Positions 26,001-29,316 of a DNA stretch of 29,316 nucleotides are shown here, piece by piece; positions within the stretch are counted from its first letter, which is position 1; each line of letters starts with the position of its first letter. This DNA is from Utricularia gibba (lineage: Eukaryota; Plantae; Magnoliophyta), in assembly GCA_002189035.1 (NCBI GenBank), contig NEEC01000184.1, positions 1-29,316 of the forward strand, in the 5' to 3' direction. Under the pieces are notes generated by a model. That model worked only from the letters and a program-made list of their open reading frames with translations, had not been told where the DNA came from and ran no database searches. Made by a program: the position numbers and the translations under genes.

Positions 26001-27100
26001 ATGCTTTGTGCAACATGACTCATCACCATTTGTAAGATATCCACTCGATACCGAAGAGTGCACGAGGCCACCATGAGGTTGTGGCTAGACACACCATGGC
26101 ATCTTAAATGGAAATCCGAAATTTCACATCGTCCATGAAATGATGTCATCACATTCGCATCGAGTCAGGTGTCCCGAGTCACATTTTCAACGTGGTGGCC
26201 ACTTCGTTGCACATCTGATGAATCTTTCGAGCATTTGTGCCTCCTCGGACGAACAAGTTCTCAACACGAAAAAAGACCGGCTCGGAACGAGCTTCGAAAC
26301 GGTATGCATGACTCATCACCATTTGTAAGATATCCACTCGATACCGAGAGTGCACGAGGCCACCATGAGGTTGTGGCTAGCCACACACCGATGGCATCTT
26401 AAATGATCATCTCGAAATGAAATTTCACATCGTCCATGAAATACATATGTTTTGCATGTCAAAAATCACATTCGCATCGAGTCAGGTGTCCGAGTCACAT
26501 TTTCGCGAACGTGGTGGCCACTTCGTTGCACATCTGAAGGCTAATATAAGGCAATCTTTCGAGCATTTGTGCCTCCTCGGACGAACAAGTTCAACACGAA
26601 AGAAGACGGCTCGGAACGAGCTTCGAAACGGTATGATATGTGCAACATGACTCATCACCGTTTGTAAGATATCCACTCGATACCGAAGAGTGCGAGGCCA
26701 CCATGAGGTTGTGGCTAGGGACACACCGATGGCATCTTAAATGATCATCTCGAAATCCGAAATTTCACATCGTCCATGAAATACATGATGTCAAAAATCA
26801 CATTCGCATCGAGTCAGGTGTCCCGAGTCACATTTTCGCGAACGTGGTGGCCACTTCGTTGCACATCTGAAGGCTAATATAAGGCAATCTTTCGAGCATT
26901 TGTGCCTCCTCGGACGAACAAGTTCTCAACACGAAAAAAGACCGGCTCGGAACGAGCTTCGAAAACGGTATGCTATGTGCAACATGACTCATCACCGTTT
27001 GCAGGATACCGAAGAGTGCACGAGGCCACCATGAGGTTGTGGCTAGGACACACACATCCATCTCGATGGCATCTTAAATGATCATCTCGAAATCGCGAAA

Positions 27101-27125
27101 TTTCACATCGTCAATCTTTCGAGCA
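27101..27125 (+). other. Junction of a ~120-bp intra-monomer deletion
   Basis: TTTCACATCGT is joined directly to CAATCTTTCGAGC, skipping the CATGAAATAC...TAATATAAGG part of the monomer. Confidence 0.8.
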
Positions 27126-29316
27126 TTTGTGCCTCCTCGGACGAACAAGTTCTCAACATCGGAACGAGCTTCGAAACGGTATGATATGTGCAACATGACT
27201 CAACCGTTTGCAAGATATCCACATACCGAAAGAGTGCACGAGGCCATGAGGTTGTGGCTAGGACACACCGCATCTTAAATGATCATCTCGAAATCCGAAA
27301 TTTCACATCGTCCATGAAATACATATGTTTTGCATGTCAAAAATCACATTCGCATCGAGTCAGGTGTCCCGAGTCACATTTTCGCGAACGTGGTGGCCAC
27401 TTCGTTGCACATCTGAAGGCTAATATAAGGCAATCTTTCGAGCATTTGTGCCTCCTCGGACGAACAAGTTCTCAACACGAAAGAAGACCGGCTCGGAACG
27501 AGCTTCGAAACGGTATGATATGTGCAACATGACTCATCACCGTTTGCAAGATATCCACTCGATACCGAAGAGTGCACGACCACCATGAGGTTGTGGCTAG
27601 GGATGGCATCTTAAATGATCATCTCGAAATCCGAAATTTCACATCGTCCATGAAATACATATGTTTTGCATGTCAAAAATCACATTCGCATCGAGTCAGG
27701 TGTCCCGAGTCACATTTTCGCGAACGTGGTGGCCACTTCGTTGCACATCTGAAGGCTAATATAAGGCAATCTTTCGAGCATTTGTGCCTCCTCGGACGAA
27801 CAAGTTCTCAACACGAAAAAAGACCGGCTCGGAACGAGCTTCGAAACGGTATGCTTTGTGCAACATGACTCATCCATTTGCAAGATATCCACTCGATACC
27901 GAAGAGTGCACGAGGCCACCATGAGGTTGTGGCTAGACACACACCATGGCATCTTAAATGTCATCTCGAAATCCGAAATTTCACATCGTCCCATGAAATA
28001 CATATGTTTTGCATGTCAAAAATCACATTCGCATCGAGTCAGGTGTCCCGAGTCACATTTTCGCGAACGTGGTGGCCACTTCGTTGCACATCTGAAGGCT
28101 AATATAAGGCAATCTTTCGAGCATTTGTGCCTCCTCGGACGAACAAGTTCTCAACACGAAAAAAGACCGGCTCGGAACGAGCTTCGAAACGGTATGCTAT
28201 GTGCAACATGACTCATCACCATTTGTAAGATATCCACTCGATACCGAAGAGTGCACGAGCCACCATGAGGTTGTGGCTAGCCACACACCGATGGCATCTT
28301 AAATGATCATCTCGAAATCCGAAATTTCACATCGTCGCATGAAATACATATGTTTTGCATGTCAAAAATCACATTCGCATCGAGTCAGGTGTCCCGAGTC
28401 ACATTTTCGCGAACGTGGTTTCGTTGCACATCTGAAGGCTAATATAAGGCAATCTTTCGAGCATTTGTGCCTCCTCGGACGAACAAGTTCTCAACACGGA
28501 AGACCGGCTCGGAACGAGCTTCGAAACGGTATGATATGTGCAACATGACTCATCACCGTTTGTAAGATATCCACTCGATACCGAAGAGTGCACGAGGCCA
28601 CCATGAGGTTGTGGCTAGGGACACACCATGGCATCTTAAATGTCATCTCGAAATCCGAAATTTCACATCGTCCATGAAATACATATGTTTTGCATGTCAA
28701 AAATCACATTCGCATCGAGTCAGGTGTCCCGAGTCACATTTTCGCGAACGTGGTGGCCACTTCGTTGCACATCTGAAGGCTAATATAAGGCAATCTTTCG
28801 AGCATTTGTGCCTCCTCGGACGAACAAGTTCTCAACACGAAAAGAGGCTCGGAACGAGCTTCGAAACGGTATGTGCAACATGACTCATCACCATTTGCAA
28901 GATATCCACTCGATACCGAAGAGTGCACGAGGCCACCATGAGGTTGTGGCTAGACACACATGGCATCTTAAAATGATCATCTCGAAATCCAAAATTTCAC
29001 ATCGTCCATGAAAATATATGTTTTGCATGTCAAAAATCACATTCATCGAGTCAGGTGTCCGAGTCACATTTTCGCGAACGTGGTGGCCACTTCGTTGCAC
29101 ATCTGAAGGCTAATATAAGGCAATCTTTCGAGCATTTGTGCCTCCTCGGACGAACAAGTTCTCAACGAAAGAAGACGGCTGGAACGAGCTTCGAAACGGT
29201 ATGATATGTGCAACATGACTCATGTTTGCAAGATATCCACTCGATACCGAAGAGTGCACGAGGCCACCATGAGGTTGTGGCTAGGGACACACCATGGCAT
29301 CTTAAATGATCATCTC

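Larger units (their letters stand above)
1..29316 (+). repeat. Tandem satellite DNA array, ~345-bp monomer, head-to-tail, single orientation, roughly 85 copies, extending beyond both window edges
   Basis: The same unit (ATGATATGTGCAACATGACTCATC...GAGCTTCGAAACGGT) restarts near 1, 345, 688, 1025 and so on to ~29201. The period between clean copies at 9127 and 9472 is exactly 345 bp. I found no non-satellite sequence and no inverted copy. Confidence 0.99.
19193..29316 (+). repeat. Right sub-array (R-type monomers)
   Basis: About 30 monomers, nearly all with TATGTTTTGC and AAATCCGAAA. Many also carry CACACCGATGG, ACACGAAAAAAGACC and TTTGTAAG, alleles not seen in the left domain. Confidence 0.88.

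Noticed and set aside
1-29316. All ORFs in the six-frame track (60-169 aa) as protein-coding genes
   Set aside because: They are the same few readings of the monomer repeated in each copy. They shift frame at every 1-bp indel, stop within about one period, overlap on both strands and resemble no protein family I recognise.
1-29316. Assigning the array as centromeric or naming the species
   Set aside because: Monomer length and motifs do not establish chromosomal position or taxon. That needs CENH3 ChIP, FISH, flanking sequence and a database search.

Overview
The whole window is one head-to-tail, single-orientation tandem satellite array. The full-length monomer is 345 bp (clean copy 9127-9471, 47% GC by hand count), with roughly 85 copies. 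I see no genes, RNA genes, transposon, telomere repeat or unique DNA; every listed ORF is a reading of the repeat. The array has three parts: (i) a left domain (1-~12.9 kb, resuming ~13.0-14.4 kb) of near-identical monomers; (ii) a scrambled zone (a patch at 12864-13030 and ~14.4-19.2 kb) built from short same-strand fragments of the monomer, in which a 75-bp core keeps reappearing intact; (iii) a right domain (~19.2-29.3 kb) with diagnostic substitutions and two linked monomer types in an imperfect ~3-monomer rhythm. From memory, the motif order resembles the grass knob180/TrsA satellite superfamily (unverified). Deletion-biased, homopolymer-centred variation and interleaving of two out-of-phase registers suggest much of the fine variation, and probably the scrambled zone, is long-read consensus or assembly error. 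I cannot support a novel biological system here. The scrambled zone, the invariant core and the incipient higher-order repeat are the best leads, pending raw-read checks.
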